A stretch of DNA of 64,000 bases from Thermoanaerobaculia bacterium. GTDB lineage: Bacteria > Acidobacteriota > Thermoanaerobaculia > Multivoradales > Multivoraceae. Position numbers and translations under genes: made by a program. The stretch is from NCBI GenBank assembly GCA_963664405.1, contig OY761158.1:899020-963019 (forward strand), given 5' to 3'. The notes below the pieces were generated by a model that ran no database searches, had not been told where the DNA came from, and saw nothing but the letters and a program-made list of their open reading frames with translations. Position 1 is the first letter of the stretch, and each line of letters starts with the position of its first letter. Positions 1-7,589 of the stretch are shown here, one piece after another.

Positions 1-2373
1 CCAGAAGAAACCGCCGAGGTTCAGCGAATGGTTGCCGAGCTGGAAGGTGCGGCTGGCGGAGAGGTTCAGCACGTGCTCGCGGTCGTCGCCGGTGCGGCCA
101 AAGTAGTTGATCGCGGTCAGCGGGATGCCGCTCACCGGATCGACGACCGTTTTGCCCTCGAGGAAGGGGTTGTCGTCGTCGTTGCGGCAGCACAGGTTGC
201 CTTCGGAACGGCCCAGGGTGTAGTTCGACCGGACCACCCAGTTGTTGCGAAAGCTCCGGTTGAGCTCGAGCTGCAGCCCCTGGTACTCGCGCTGGCCCTC
301 CGGGTAGTTGGCGACCAGCCGGAAGACGCTGCCGTCCGGGGCGAATTGGTCGTTCGGCCACATCAGGTCGTCATGGTCCCAGAAGATGCCCCGGGCCTTG
401 AACGCCCACAGGTCAGAGAACTGCCACTCTACGCCCAGGGTGACCTCGTCCTTGTAGTAGGGATTGATGTCGGTGATCAGGGTATCGAGCGCCGGTATCT
501 GCGTGCGCCGGAATATGTCGTACAGCCCGGTCGCAGAGTTCCACCCGAACTCGTTGTAGGCGTTGACGCCGTTGGGCTTTCGTGTGAACTCGTCGTTCAC
601 GACCTCCTGCGCGATGTGATGGTAGTAGCGGCCCACCGTCCCTTTGAAGAGGAGCCGTCCGTTGCCGCTGGCGTCGTAGACCGCCGCCAGCCGGGGGGCG
701 AGGTCGGTCGAGGAGGCCGCGACGTCCCCGATGTCATTCTTCTGCTCCTGGTCCTCCACCCGCAGACCCACCGTCATCGACCAGTGATCGCCCCAGGAGA
801 GACGGTCCTGGACGAAGAGGGCGATGGCGGTTGACTCGGTCTCGATGAGCCCCGCGGACGGCAGGTACACCCGCTTCCGCACGGGGACCTCGAACCCCCC
901 AGGTGCGTTGGCGTCGAAGTTCCTGCCCTGGTAGCGGTCGGGCACGTTGTTGAGCGTCTCCCAGTTCACCACCTGCCAGTCGGCTCCGAACTTGAGCTCG
1001 TGCACGCCGGCGAACAGGCTGAAGGCCGAGTTCGCCTGATTACGAGGATAATAGCGCTGACCGGTGCCGAGCGGACTGGCGATGGCCAGGCGCCGAAAGC
1101 CGGAGTTCAGGTCCCAGTAGGCGCCGACGTTCCCCGCCGTATCATCGGGGCTGGCATTCGGGTCGGCGGTCCTGGTCACGAGCTGGCTGCGGTCGAAGAC
1201 GGCCCTGTGTGCGGCGGCGCGGGTCTCGAGGAACATGTTGGAGCTCACGGTCCAGTTCCAGTTCGCCATCGCGAGCTCCTGGTCGACCTCCTGGTGCGGA
1301 ACCGAGAAGACATCGAAGCGGTTTGGGTTGGAAAGGCTGCGAAAGGTGTGGGGAGCGTTGATTCCCATGACGTAGAAGCTGTGACTCGAGCCGGGCTGGA
1401 AGTTCAGCTTCGCCAAGGCCACTTCGCCCTGGTTGCTACTGTCCACGGGGGTTTGGTCACCCGTGGCGGCGAGTACGTTTTCCGTGTCCTCGGAGTAGGA
1501 GACGAAGAACCACGCCTTGTCCCGCGCCATCGGTCCCCCGAGGGCGGTCTCGTAGCTGTTCTGGATCTCGTCGTTCCGGGGGAGCGGCACCGCGTCGTAC
1601 TCGGCGCGCCACTTCTGGCTCTGGGGGATGTAGCGGAAGTCGCCGTGGAAGCGGTTGGTGCCCGACTTCACCATCGCGTTGGCGATCCCTCCGGTGACCC
1701 TGCCGTACTCTGCGGTATACCCCGAGCCCTCGATCCGCACCTCGGATATGACGGTGGAGGGCAAAAACAGCTGGGAGCTGCCGCCGAGGCGGGAGAACGA
1801 AGTGTCGACGCCGTCGATGAAGCCGCCAAGATCCTGCCAGGATTGGCCGTTCACCCCCGCGCGGTGGTCGTACCAGTACTGGGATCGGGCGTTTTGATAC
1901 ACCCCCGGCATGGAGGTCAGCACCGACTGCCAGCTGCGCGAAGCGAAGGCGAGGGTTTCGGTGACCTCGGCCGCCATCGATGTCGTCGTCGAGACGTCGT
2001 ACTTGTTGACCAGCGGCACCTCGGAGACGACCTGAATGGTCTCGCCGGCGGTGGCGAGTCGCAGCGTGAGGTCGACGGTGCGGCGCTGGCCAGTCCCGAC
2101 CCGCAGCTCGGCCTCGGCCATCCCCAGGCCCTCGAGCTCCGCCGTCACGGTGTACGGCCCGGGTGCGAGAAGACCGAAGCGGTACTGCCCCTGGGCATCG
2201 GTCCTGGTGTCGTGGGAGCCTTGCTCGCTCCCGAGCGTCACGCTGGTGCCGGGGAGCGCCTCCCCGTCCGAGCTGGTGATCGTTCCCTGGATGGTCCCGG
2301 TCAGGGTGCCGTCGGCTAAGAGCGGAGGAGCAAGAAGAATCGAGATTCCGAGAGCTAACATCAATCTGTGCAT
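1..2373 (-). CDS. Outer-membrane protein with N-terminal carboxypeptidase-regulatory-like domain (TonB-dependent receptor-like), partial; the 3' end runs off the window
   Basis: Minus-strand translation from ATG at 2373 gives MHRLMLALGISILLAPPLLADGTLTGTIQG..., a signal peptide followed by a CarboxypepD_reg-like segment and long beta-barrel-like sequence. GGAG Shine-Dalgarno lies upstream. The stop is not in the window, so it is absent from the ORF track. The track ORFs 28..834 and 1000..2319 are its antisense shadows. Confidence 0.7.
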   Translation of the reverse strand, partial: MHRLMLALGISILLAPPLLADGTLTGTIQGTITSSDGEALPGTSVTLGSEQGSHDTRTDAQGQYRFGLLAPGPYTVTAELEGLGMAEAELRVGTGQRRTVDLTLRLATAGETIQVVSEVPLVNKYDVSTTTSMAAEVTETLAFASRSWQSVLTSMPGVYQNARSQYWYDHRAGVNGQSWQDLGGFIDGVDTSFSRLGGSSQLFLPSTVISEVRIEGSGYTAEYGRVTGGIANAMVKSGTNRFHGDFRYIPQSQKWRAEYDAVPLPRNDEIQNSYETALGGPMARDKAWFFVSYSEDTENVLAATGDQTPVDSSNQGEVALAKLNFQPGSSHSFYVMGINAPHTFRSLSNPNRFDVFSVPHQEVDQELAMANWNWTVSSNMFLETRAAAHRAVFDRSQLVTRTADPNASPDDTAGNVGAYWDLNSGFRRLAIASPLGTGQRYYPRNQANSAFSLFAGVHELKFGADWQVVNWETLNNVPDRYQGRNFDANAPGGFEVPVRKRVYLPSAGLIETESTAIALFVQDRLSWGDHWSMTVGLRVEDQEQKNDIGDVAASSTDLAPRLAAVYDASGNGRLLFKGTVGRYYHHIAQEVVNDEFTRKPNGVNAYNEFGWNSATGLYDIFRRTQIPALDTLITDINPYYKDEVTLGVEWQFSDLWAFKARGIFWDHDDLMWPNDQFAPDGSVFRLVANYPEGQREYQGLQLELNRSFRNNWVVRSNYTLGRSEGNLCCRNDDDNPFLEGKTVVDPVSGIPLTAINYFGRTGDDREHVLNLSASRTFQLGNHSLNLGGFFW

Positions 2374-2480
2374 AACCTTCTCCTGGGTTGGACCACTCGA
2401 AGGCAACCAGACTGCCATTCGACCCCTCCTCGAGTGGTCACTTTACGACGCAGGATAGCCTATCAGAGAATCCCGTCTCG

Positions 2481-2500
2481 TCTATGACGCCGGTCATAGA
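2481..2500. promoter_or_regulatory. Perfect 8-bp-arm palindrome tctatgac-gccg-gtcataga in the divergent intergenic region
   Basis: Read directly from the sequence. It sits between the start of the outer-membrane gene (2373, minus) and the recombinase start. It is a candidate operator. Confidence 0.25.
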
Positions 2501-2547
2501 AAGGCCGAGGACGGGCCGCTCTTTCCCTACCCTGCTCGCTCGCCTTT

Positions 2548-3283
2548 TTGGGTACCGCGAGTGCGCGGACAGGCCGAAGGCCAAGGCGGCCATGCGAAGG
2601 ACACCTAGTGCTCGTCGTTATCAGTCTCTATATCGCCAGCGCGATCTCGCAGTTCCTCGAGTGGTGTGAGAGCCGGAAGCTCGAGCTCCACACGCTCGAG
2701 CCCATCATCATCGCCGCCTACATCGAGGAGCTCGGTCAACGGCGATCGCCGACGACTGTGAAGCAAAACCTCGCAGCCATTCGGATGCTCATGGACTATC
2801 TCGTGGTGGGTCAAGTGCTTCCCTTCAATCCGGCCGCCGCGGTGCGTGGGCCGAAGCACGTCGTCAAGGTCGGCAAGACCCCCGTTCTCTTCGAGGACGA
2901 TGCACGGAAGCTCTTCGAAGCAATCGACGCGTCGCACGTTGTTGGTCTGCGCGATCGCGCAATGATCGGCGTGATGATTTACTCCTTTGCTCGTGTCGGG
3001 GCCGTGGTGGCCATGCGCGTGAAGGACTACTACACCCAAGGACACCGAGCCTGGTTCGTGCTCCACGAAAAAGGTGGCCGCCATCATCGTGTGCCGGCAC
3101 ACCACAAGGCCGTCGAGTATCTCGATGCCTATGTTGAGGCCGCAGGTATCGCGAAGGAAGGTTCCTCGAAGCTCTTCCGTACCGCCCGCGGGAAAACGCG
3201 AGAGCTGACCGATCGAGGGATGACCCAAAGCGACGCGCTCCGCATGACGAAGCGTCGGGCCAAGCGGAACCTGTCAAGAACTT
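2548..3283 (+). pseudogene. Tyrosine recombinase/phage-type integrase, N-terminal and central portion, interrupted by an IS3-family insertion
   Basis: The translation has an N-terminal SAM-like core-binding region and the start of the catalytic domain (ARVGAVVAMRVKDY...HRVPAH). The usual C-terminal HxxR...Y segment is missing here and reappears after the IS at 4915..5128 in another frame. Confidence 0.8.
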
Positions 3284-3304
3284 TGAGACACCTTGAGTCA
3301 TAAA

Positions 3305-4309
3305 TTAGTGAAGGTCCTCTTCGGTCGAGGCCGGCGGATCCTCAGGCCGGTTGATATAAACGGTTCCAGGTAAAGGCGCGACGATGGGTCGCCCTCGGAG
3401 GAAGCGTTCTGGGTGAGTTTGGAAGGCGCCATCGAGCGCGACTTGCCGTGCGGCAAGGACCTGCTCCGCTCGACCGTGGTGGACGCCGTGCGGCGTCAGG
3501 TGGGCGATCCCACCGTGGCGGTGCTCGGTGTTGTACCAAGGGAAGAAGGTCCTGCAGAAAGCCTGGGCGGCCTCCTGGCTGGCGAATCGGGAGGGGAAGC
3601 TCGGGTGGTACTTGAGGGTCTTGAACTGGGCCTCGGAAAAGGGGTTGTCGTCACAGACCTGGGGCCGGCTGAGCGACTGAGTGAGTCCCAGATCGGCGAG
3701 CAGCTGAGCCGTGCACTTGGCGGTCATCGGGGAGCCCCGATCGCTGTGCAGGGTGAGCACCTCAGGTTTGACGTCGTGCTTGCAGCAGGTCTCCTCGATG
3801 AGGCGACCGGCGAGATTGGCGTTCTCGCGGGGCGCGAGCATCCAGCCGACGACGTAGCGGCTGAAGATGTCGAGCAGGACGTAGAGGTAGTAGTAGCTCC
3901 ACTTCTCAGGACCCCGCAATCGGGTGATATCCCAGGACCAGACTTGGTTGGGGGCGGCCGCCACCAGCTCCGGCTTGGTGTAGTCGGGGTGGCGAAGCTG
4001 GTTACGCCGTTCGCGCACCGGCGCTCGCGCAGCGAGGATGCGGTACATGGTCCTCTCCGAGCAGAGGTAGCGTTGCTCGTCCAGGAGCGTGGCGACGACC
4101 TCGGCGGGGGCACGGTCGACAAAGCGAGGCGAGTCCAGGACGCCCAGGACGGCTTGGCGCTCGTCCTCGCTCAGAGCCCGGGCAGGTGTTGGCCGGGGCT
4201 GCGGCCCGGTAGATGGCTTCCGACGACGGTACAGGGTCGCCCGTGCCACGCCGAGAGCGACACAGGACGGCTTGACGCCGACCTGCAGCGCCAATTCGGC
4301 TGCGGCCAT
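3305..4309 (-). CDS. IS3-family transposase OrfB (DDE integrase core domain)
   Basis: 334 aa with WSWDITRL...HSDRGSPMTAK...YNTEHRH..., the typical rve/DDE domain of IS3 OrfB. Its start overlaps the OrfA stop (TGATG). Confidence 0.9.
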   Translation of the reverse strand: MAAAELALQVGVKPSCVALGVARATLYRRRKPSTGPQPRPTPARALSEDERQAVLGVLDSPRFVDRAPAEVVATLLDEQRYLCSERTMYRILAARAPVRERRNQLRHPDYTKPELVAAAPNQVWSWDITRLRGPEKWSYYYLYVLLDIFSRYVVGWMLAPRENANLAGRLIEETCCKHDVKPEVLTLHSDRGSPMTAKCTAQLLADLGLTQSLSRPQVCDDNPFSEAQFKTLKYHPSFPSRFASQEAAQAFCRTFFPWYNTEHRHGGIAHLTPHGVHHGRAEQVLAARQVALDGAFQTHPERFLRGRPIVAPLPGTVYINRPEDPPASTEEDLH

Positions 4310-4863
4310 CAGGAGCTCCTCCCGTCCTCGAGGTTGAAGCCCAGCAGCCCGGCAACTTTTCCCTGCACTTCGAGGATCAGCTCTGCCTTGCGCAGCGCCT
4401 CGCGAGTACGGGATAGCTCCTTTTCCAGTTGCTCGACCTTCTTGGCCAGCGGATTGCCGGACTTCGCCTTGCGCCCTCGCCTTCGGCCCAGCCTTCGCAG
4501 AGCGCCGGTCCTGCGTGCCCTGCGCCAGGCCGTCAGGTGGGAGCTGTACAATCCCTCGCGACGCAGGATCGCGCCGATGTCGCCAGGCGTGGCCACTTCG
4601 ACTTCCTCGAGGATTCGCAGCTTGTACTCGGCCGTGAAGGTTCGCCGCGTTGGCTTGGCGACCACCTCAGGATCCAACACAGGGCTCGGCCGCGCCCAGA
4701 TGGCGCCCGCTGCTGCGTCTCCGTGCTCGCTACGCTCGCCCGTCGGCGCCTCCGCGGACCCCAGCTGGGCGCACGGGGGAAGCTGGGAAACCTCCTCCTC
4801 GCCCCGGACCGCAATGGACGTGCCTGCTGATCTCATCTCTTGCATCTTCCTCTCTTCAGACAT
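4309..4863 (-). CDS. IS3-family transposase OrfA (HTH plus leucine zipper)
   Basis: 184 aa with a basic coiled-coil C-terminus (KKVEQLEKELSRTREALRKAELILEVQ), typical of IS3 OrfA. OrfB starts in the -1 frame at its stop codon. Confidence 0.85.
   Translation of the reverse strand: MSEERKMQEMRSAGTSIAVRGEEEVSQLPPCAQLGSAEAPTGERSEHGDAAAGAIWARPSPVLDPEVVAKPTRRTFTAEYKLRILEEVEVATPGDIGAILRREGLYSSHLTAWRRARRTGALRRLGRRRGRKAKSGNPLAKKVEQLEKELSRTREALRKAELILEVQGKVAGLLGFNLEDGRSS
4347..4353 (-). other. Candidate -1 programmed ribosomal frameshift heptamer GGGAAAA (X XXY YYZ) near the end of IS3 orfA
   Basis: On the minus strand the orfA codons read cag gga aaa gtt. A -1 slip reads through into MAAAEL..., the OrfB start, giving an OrfAB fusion. 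Confidence 0.45.
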
Positions 4864-4914
4864 CAGGTTTCACCTCTCCGCCCTACTCTATTTAAGGGGT
4901 GGCGAGATGTCTCA

Positions 4915-5128
4915 AGCATCTTGGCAGAGAGGGAAGAGCGCAGGCTTGCCAACGTCGATCGGCAACCATACCTTTCGGGCGACGGGCATTACTGACTATC
5001 TCGCCAACGGCGGGACGTTGGAAACCGCCGCCCAGATCGCTGGCCACGCCTCAACGCGAACGACCCAGCTCTACAACCGCAATCCCGAACGCATCTCGCT
5101 CGCTGAAATCGAGCGCATCCGGATCTGA
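4915..5128 (+). pseudogene. Tyrosine recombinase C-terminal fragment (HxxR...Y catalytic tail) displaced by the IS3 insertion
   Basis: It is the tail of track ORF 3413..5128: ...NHTFRATGITDYLANGGTLETAAQIAGHASTRTTQLYNRN.... This is the canonical H-x-x-R ... catalytic Tyr box of tyrosine recombinases. Its frame differs from the N-terminal part at 2548..3283. Confidence 0.8.
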
Positions 5129-5136
5129 GAGGACGT

Positions 5137-5180
5137 GTCAGACTACCTCCAGGCCCGCCAACGAAACCCTACCCTTAGCG
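5137..5180 (+). repeat. 44-bp direct repeat copy A (att-like) immediately 3' of the recombinase
   Basis: gtcagactacctccaggcccgccaacgaaaccctacccttagcgg matches 6161-6205 with 2-3 mismatches. Confidence 0.7.
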
Positions 5181-5280
5181 GAACTCTCCCTAGGGATTGC
5201 TTGACTCTCCTTATAGGAGGCCGAAGCCGGCACCAATAGAGGTGAGGGCGGGACGCCCCCCAGAGGAGCAGTGAAATCGC

Positions 5281-6237
5281 ATGACAGACAATCGGCCCGA
5301 ACAGAGGGAGGGACGACCCTTTCACCACGGCGAGTCCCTACCCACGCAACTGACGGAAGAGACCCGTCGCGAGTTTTTCTGGAAGCTCTTTCTCGAGGCC
5401 GCTGAGCGATGTGTGCCCAAGTTCTTCGAGACATACACAACGGCAGTGATAGATCGAACGGAACCGCATAAGGCCCCGTTCGATTTTGAGTTTGCCGGGG
5501 CGATGTACATAAAAAGCGAGGGTGCCAACACGATAGTCGACCAGAAGGTGGTCGACGAGTACAAGTCTGCCCGGTCCCTTTCCGCAGAAGGGCTGATCAA
5601 GGGATGGCTCACCGAGTGGCGGATACAGCTCCGCCCCGAAGTGGAGGACGAGGTTCTGTCACTCTTCGTGAACCCTATCGTTCTCCCACCCCGGGTTCAG
5701 ACGTGGACCGACGTGACACAGGGGTGGACGAACGGCATCTGCAAGAAATATATTGATGACCAAAACGCCATAGTGGGCCATATGTGGTCGAACGGAGACG
5801 TGTGGTGGGCCGAAGACGAGAAGCAAGCACCGTTCCGCCCGTACAATCCCCTCAGAGTTACGCGCGAGGACTGGCTGGATCATGCACGAAAGTACTGCGA
5901 CCTCGTTGAGGCTGCCGCCCGCTGGTGGGGCAGTAGCGATACTTCGATGGGCTCTCGCCGAGAGCGTCATCTTGGTGGCGATCGGCTGACAGCCGAGCGG
6001 GACACAGCATGGTTGGTGCGACGTCTGCTTCTCGGGGAGTCGCCAGATCGGATCGCCAGGGTCTACGACGACGAGCTTGAGAAGGCGGGGGTGGATGATG
6101 ACGTTCAGCCGAAGGGCCGTATGGTGACGAAAGCCCTTCGGCGGACGGCCAAAACAATGGGAGTCAGACTTCCTCCGGGCCCGCCAACGAAACCCTACCC
6201 TTACCACTCCTTAGCCCTCCAAAGAGAAGAGGGGTGA
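5281..6237 (+). CDS. Hypothetical protein, 318 aa; low-GC cargo gene between the att-like direct repeats
   Basis: Long ORF with ATG start. Its composition is visibly AT-richer than the flanks. I recognised no conserved domain. Its 3' end is encoded by direct-repeat copy B. Confidence 0.6.
   Translation: MTDNRPEQREGRPFHHGESLPTQLTEETRREFFWKLFLEAAERCVPKFFETYTTAVIDRTEPHKAPFDFEFAGAMYIKSEGANTIVDQKVVDEYKSARSLSAEGLIKGWLTEWRIQLRPEVEDEVLSLFVNPIVLPPRVQTWTDVTQGWTNGICKKYIDDQNAIVGHMWSNGDVWWAEDEKQAPFRPYNPLRVTREDWLDHARKYCDLVEAAARWWGSSDTSMGSRRERHLGGDRLTAERDTAWLVRRLLLGESPDRIARVYDDELEKAGVDDDVQPKGRMVTKALRRTAKTMGVRLPPGPPTKPYPYHSLALQREEG
6161..6205 (+). repeat. 44-bp direct repeat copy B (att-like)
   Basis: gtcagacttcctccgggcccgccaacgaaaccctacccttaccac is the second copy of the 5137-5180 repeat. 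It overlaps the 3' end of the cargo CDS. Confidence 0.7.
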
Positions 6238-6243
6238 CGGCCG

Positions 6244-6363
6244 ATGCTAATTGAGATCCTGGGTCTCGCTATCGCTGCCGTTGGTGCGGCCGCCGCTGTG
6301 TATGCCGCATGGCGTACGCGAGACAAGGTGGAACCCACCGAGCATGATCAGAGTACTCAGTAA
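6244..6363 (+). CDS. Small 39-aa single-pass membrane peptide (MLIEILGLAIAAVGAAAAVYAAWRTRDKVEPTEHDQSTQ); candidate type I-toxin-like or holin-like peptide
   Basis: Not in the ORF track because it is under 60 aa. ATG lies 7-9 nt after a GAGGGG Shine-Dalgarno and is translationally coupled to the stop of 5281..6237. It has a hydrophobic helix followed by a charged tail. Confidence 0.35.
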   Translation: MLIEILGLAIAAVGAAAAVYAAWRTRDKVEPTEHDQSTQ

Positions 6364-6520
6364 ACAAGGAAACCCCCCGGCCTGCCTGTATGGACAGAGG
6401 GGCTCTCTCTTTGTATTCGTCCGCGATGCCGCGCCAGGAAAAGCCGAGAGTTCCTCTCTGTGACCCTTGAGCTGCGGTAGCAAGTGTCTCGTCATTCTGG
6501 CCGTCCGCCTATCCCCCCAC

Positions 6521-6548
6521 TTGACGAACTCTCGCGACCCGGTAGTAT
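6521..6548 (+). promoter_or_regulatory. Near-consensus sigma70-type promoter (TTGACG, 16-nt spacer, TAGTAT) upstream of the RHH antitoxin gene
   Basis: cacTTGACGaactctcgcgacccggTAGTATgg sits about 30 nt upstream of the ATG at 6579. Confidence 0.4.
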
Positions 6549-6578
6549 GGAGTCATACCAGCTAACACAATAGGTTCT

Positions 6579-6848
6579 ATGGAAATGGCTCACAAAAAAC
6601 TCTCCATCTCGCTACCCCCTGATCTCTATGAGCAGGCCGAGGCCGTGCGGAAGGCCGAGCACCGTACACGCTCAGAGCTCGTCCGAGAAGCGCTGCGCTC
6701 CTACATAGAGCGCTCCCGTCGCATTCCCGTGGTCGAACCCACCAGCCAAGAGGCGCGCATGTTCAAGGACGGCTGGAAGGCTTACAAGGCCAACGAGTAC
6801 GTGACACTCGAAGAGCTTCACAATGAGATGGCAGGTAGTCACAAATAG
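6579..6848 (+). CDS. Ribbon-helix-helix (CopG/ParD-like) antitoxin
   Basis: 89 aa. An N-terminal beta-strand then two helices (SISLPPDLYEQAEAVRKAEHRTRSELVREALRSYIE) is the classic RHH fold. It overlaps the downstream toxin gene by 26 nt. Confidence 0.8.
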   Translation: MEMAHKKLSISLPPDLYEQAEAVRKAEHRTRSELVREALRSYIERSRRIPVVEPTSQEARMFKDGWKAYKANEYVTLEELHNEMAGSHK

Positions 6849-7095
6849 GGCCGCCGTCAGAGACATCCGACGCCTCCCTACCCGAGCCCGCACCCGGATT
6901 CTTGAGGCCATCTCCGACATGGCCATCGATCCTTTCAGTGGAGACGTCGTTCGACTCAAGGGGCGCTCACCGCGTCTCGAATTTCGCCGTCGGGTTGGGT
7001 CGTGGCGCATCCTCTTCGGCGTCGACTACGATCAGACGACGGTCGTCGTCTTCAGAGTAGCTCGTCGCACAACACGCACCTACAAGAAATCATGA
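6823..7095 (+). CDS. RelE/ParE-family type II toxin
   Basis: 90 aa; ...RLKGRSPRLEFRRRVGSWRILFGVDYDQTTVVVFRVARR... matches the RelE/ParE core. Its stop overlaps the parA start (ATGA). Confidence 0.8.
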   Translation: MRWQVVTNRAAVRDIRRLPTRARTRILEAISDMAIDPFSGDVVRLKGRSPRLEFRRRVGSWRILFGVDYDQTTVVVFRVARRTTRTYKKS

Positions 7096-7589
7096 CCACC
7101 ACCCTCGCCATCGTGAACCAAAAAGGAGGTGTCGGAAAGACGACGAGTACGATCAACCTCGCCTATGCCCTCGCTCAGCAGGGCAAGCGCGTTTTGATGG
7201 TGGACACTGACCCGCAAGCGAGCCTGACGAAGTACGCAGGCTATGAGCCCGACGAGCTCGAGCTCGCCGGCACGACGCTCTATCACGGCCTCACGACGCG
7301 GAAGGCGCTACGGAAGCTCATCCTCAAGAACGAGAGCGTGGACCCACATCTTCTGGCTGCAAGCAAGAACCATCACCATGACATTGGTGCTGCCGCCAAA
7401 AAGCGCGGCAACATCATGCTCCGCGATGCCCTGGCCAAGATCAAAGACGACTACGACTTTGTCCTCATTGACTCACCGCCCTGGCTCGGTAAGGTAACAG
7501 GACCAGCGGGGCCATTTGAACGAAAACCTACCGGTTTCGGTGCCGGTCCGACAGTCAGAGCCGTAGGATTCGGTAGGAGAATCACCTAA
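7092..7589 (+). pseudogene. parA: ParA/Soj-family partition ATPase, C-terminally truncated; the tail is encoded by the Tn3 inverted repeat
   Basis: MTTTLAIVNQKGGVGKTTSTINLAYALA... shows Walker A and continues through DYDFVLIDSPPWLG. The reading frame then runs into the Tn3-family IR (7508..7545) and ends after 27 unrelated residues. About 110 C-terminal residues of a normal ParA are absent. Confidence 0.75.
7508..7545 (+). repeat. Tn3-family terminal inverted repeat (left)
   Basis: See the mobile_element entry. The outer GGGG is at 7508. Confidence 0.75.

Larger units (their letters stand above)
3284..4914 (-). mobile_element. IS3-family insertion sequence, about 1.63 kb
   Basis: Contains OrfA (HTH/leucine-zipper) and OrfB (DDE integrase core) in the -1 overlapping arrangement. 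The termini TGAGACA (3284-3290) and TGTCTCA (4908-4914) form imperfect terminal inverted repeats. It splits a recombinase gene. Confidence 0.8.

Noticed and set aside
28-2319. Long track ORFs 28..834 and 1000..2319 on the plus strand
   Set aside because: They are antisense shadows of the minus-strand outer-membrane gene (1..2373). They have low-complexity Val/Ala/Gly-rich translations typical of high-GC non-coding frames, and the opposite strand gives a coherent signal-peptide protein. The same reasoning discards most overlapping opposite-strand ORFs in the track, for example 2605..3228, 3724..4122, 10967..11455, 14202..15074, 15933..16553, 21227..21721, 22451..23287, 25516..26970, 30535..31161, 36022..37518, 40079..41077, 41222..41800, 43146..43826, 49581..50831, 55913..56725, 56846..57427 and 59474..60193.
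2374-2547. tRNA gene or tRNA 3' fragment as integration target upstream of the recombinase
   Set aside because: No cloverleaf-compatible sequence, GTTC box or CCA-compatible acceptor arrangement was found by eye. The same is true next to the 44-bp direct repeats and at 9440-9650.
3413-5128. 571-aa plus-strand ORF spanning the IS3 element
   Set aside because: Only its last about 70 residues are meaningful: the recombinase catalytic tail. The first 500 residues are the antisense of IS3 orfA and orfB.
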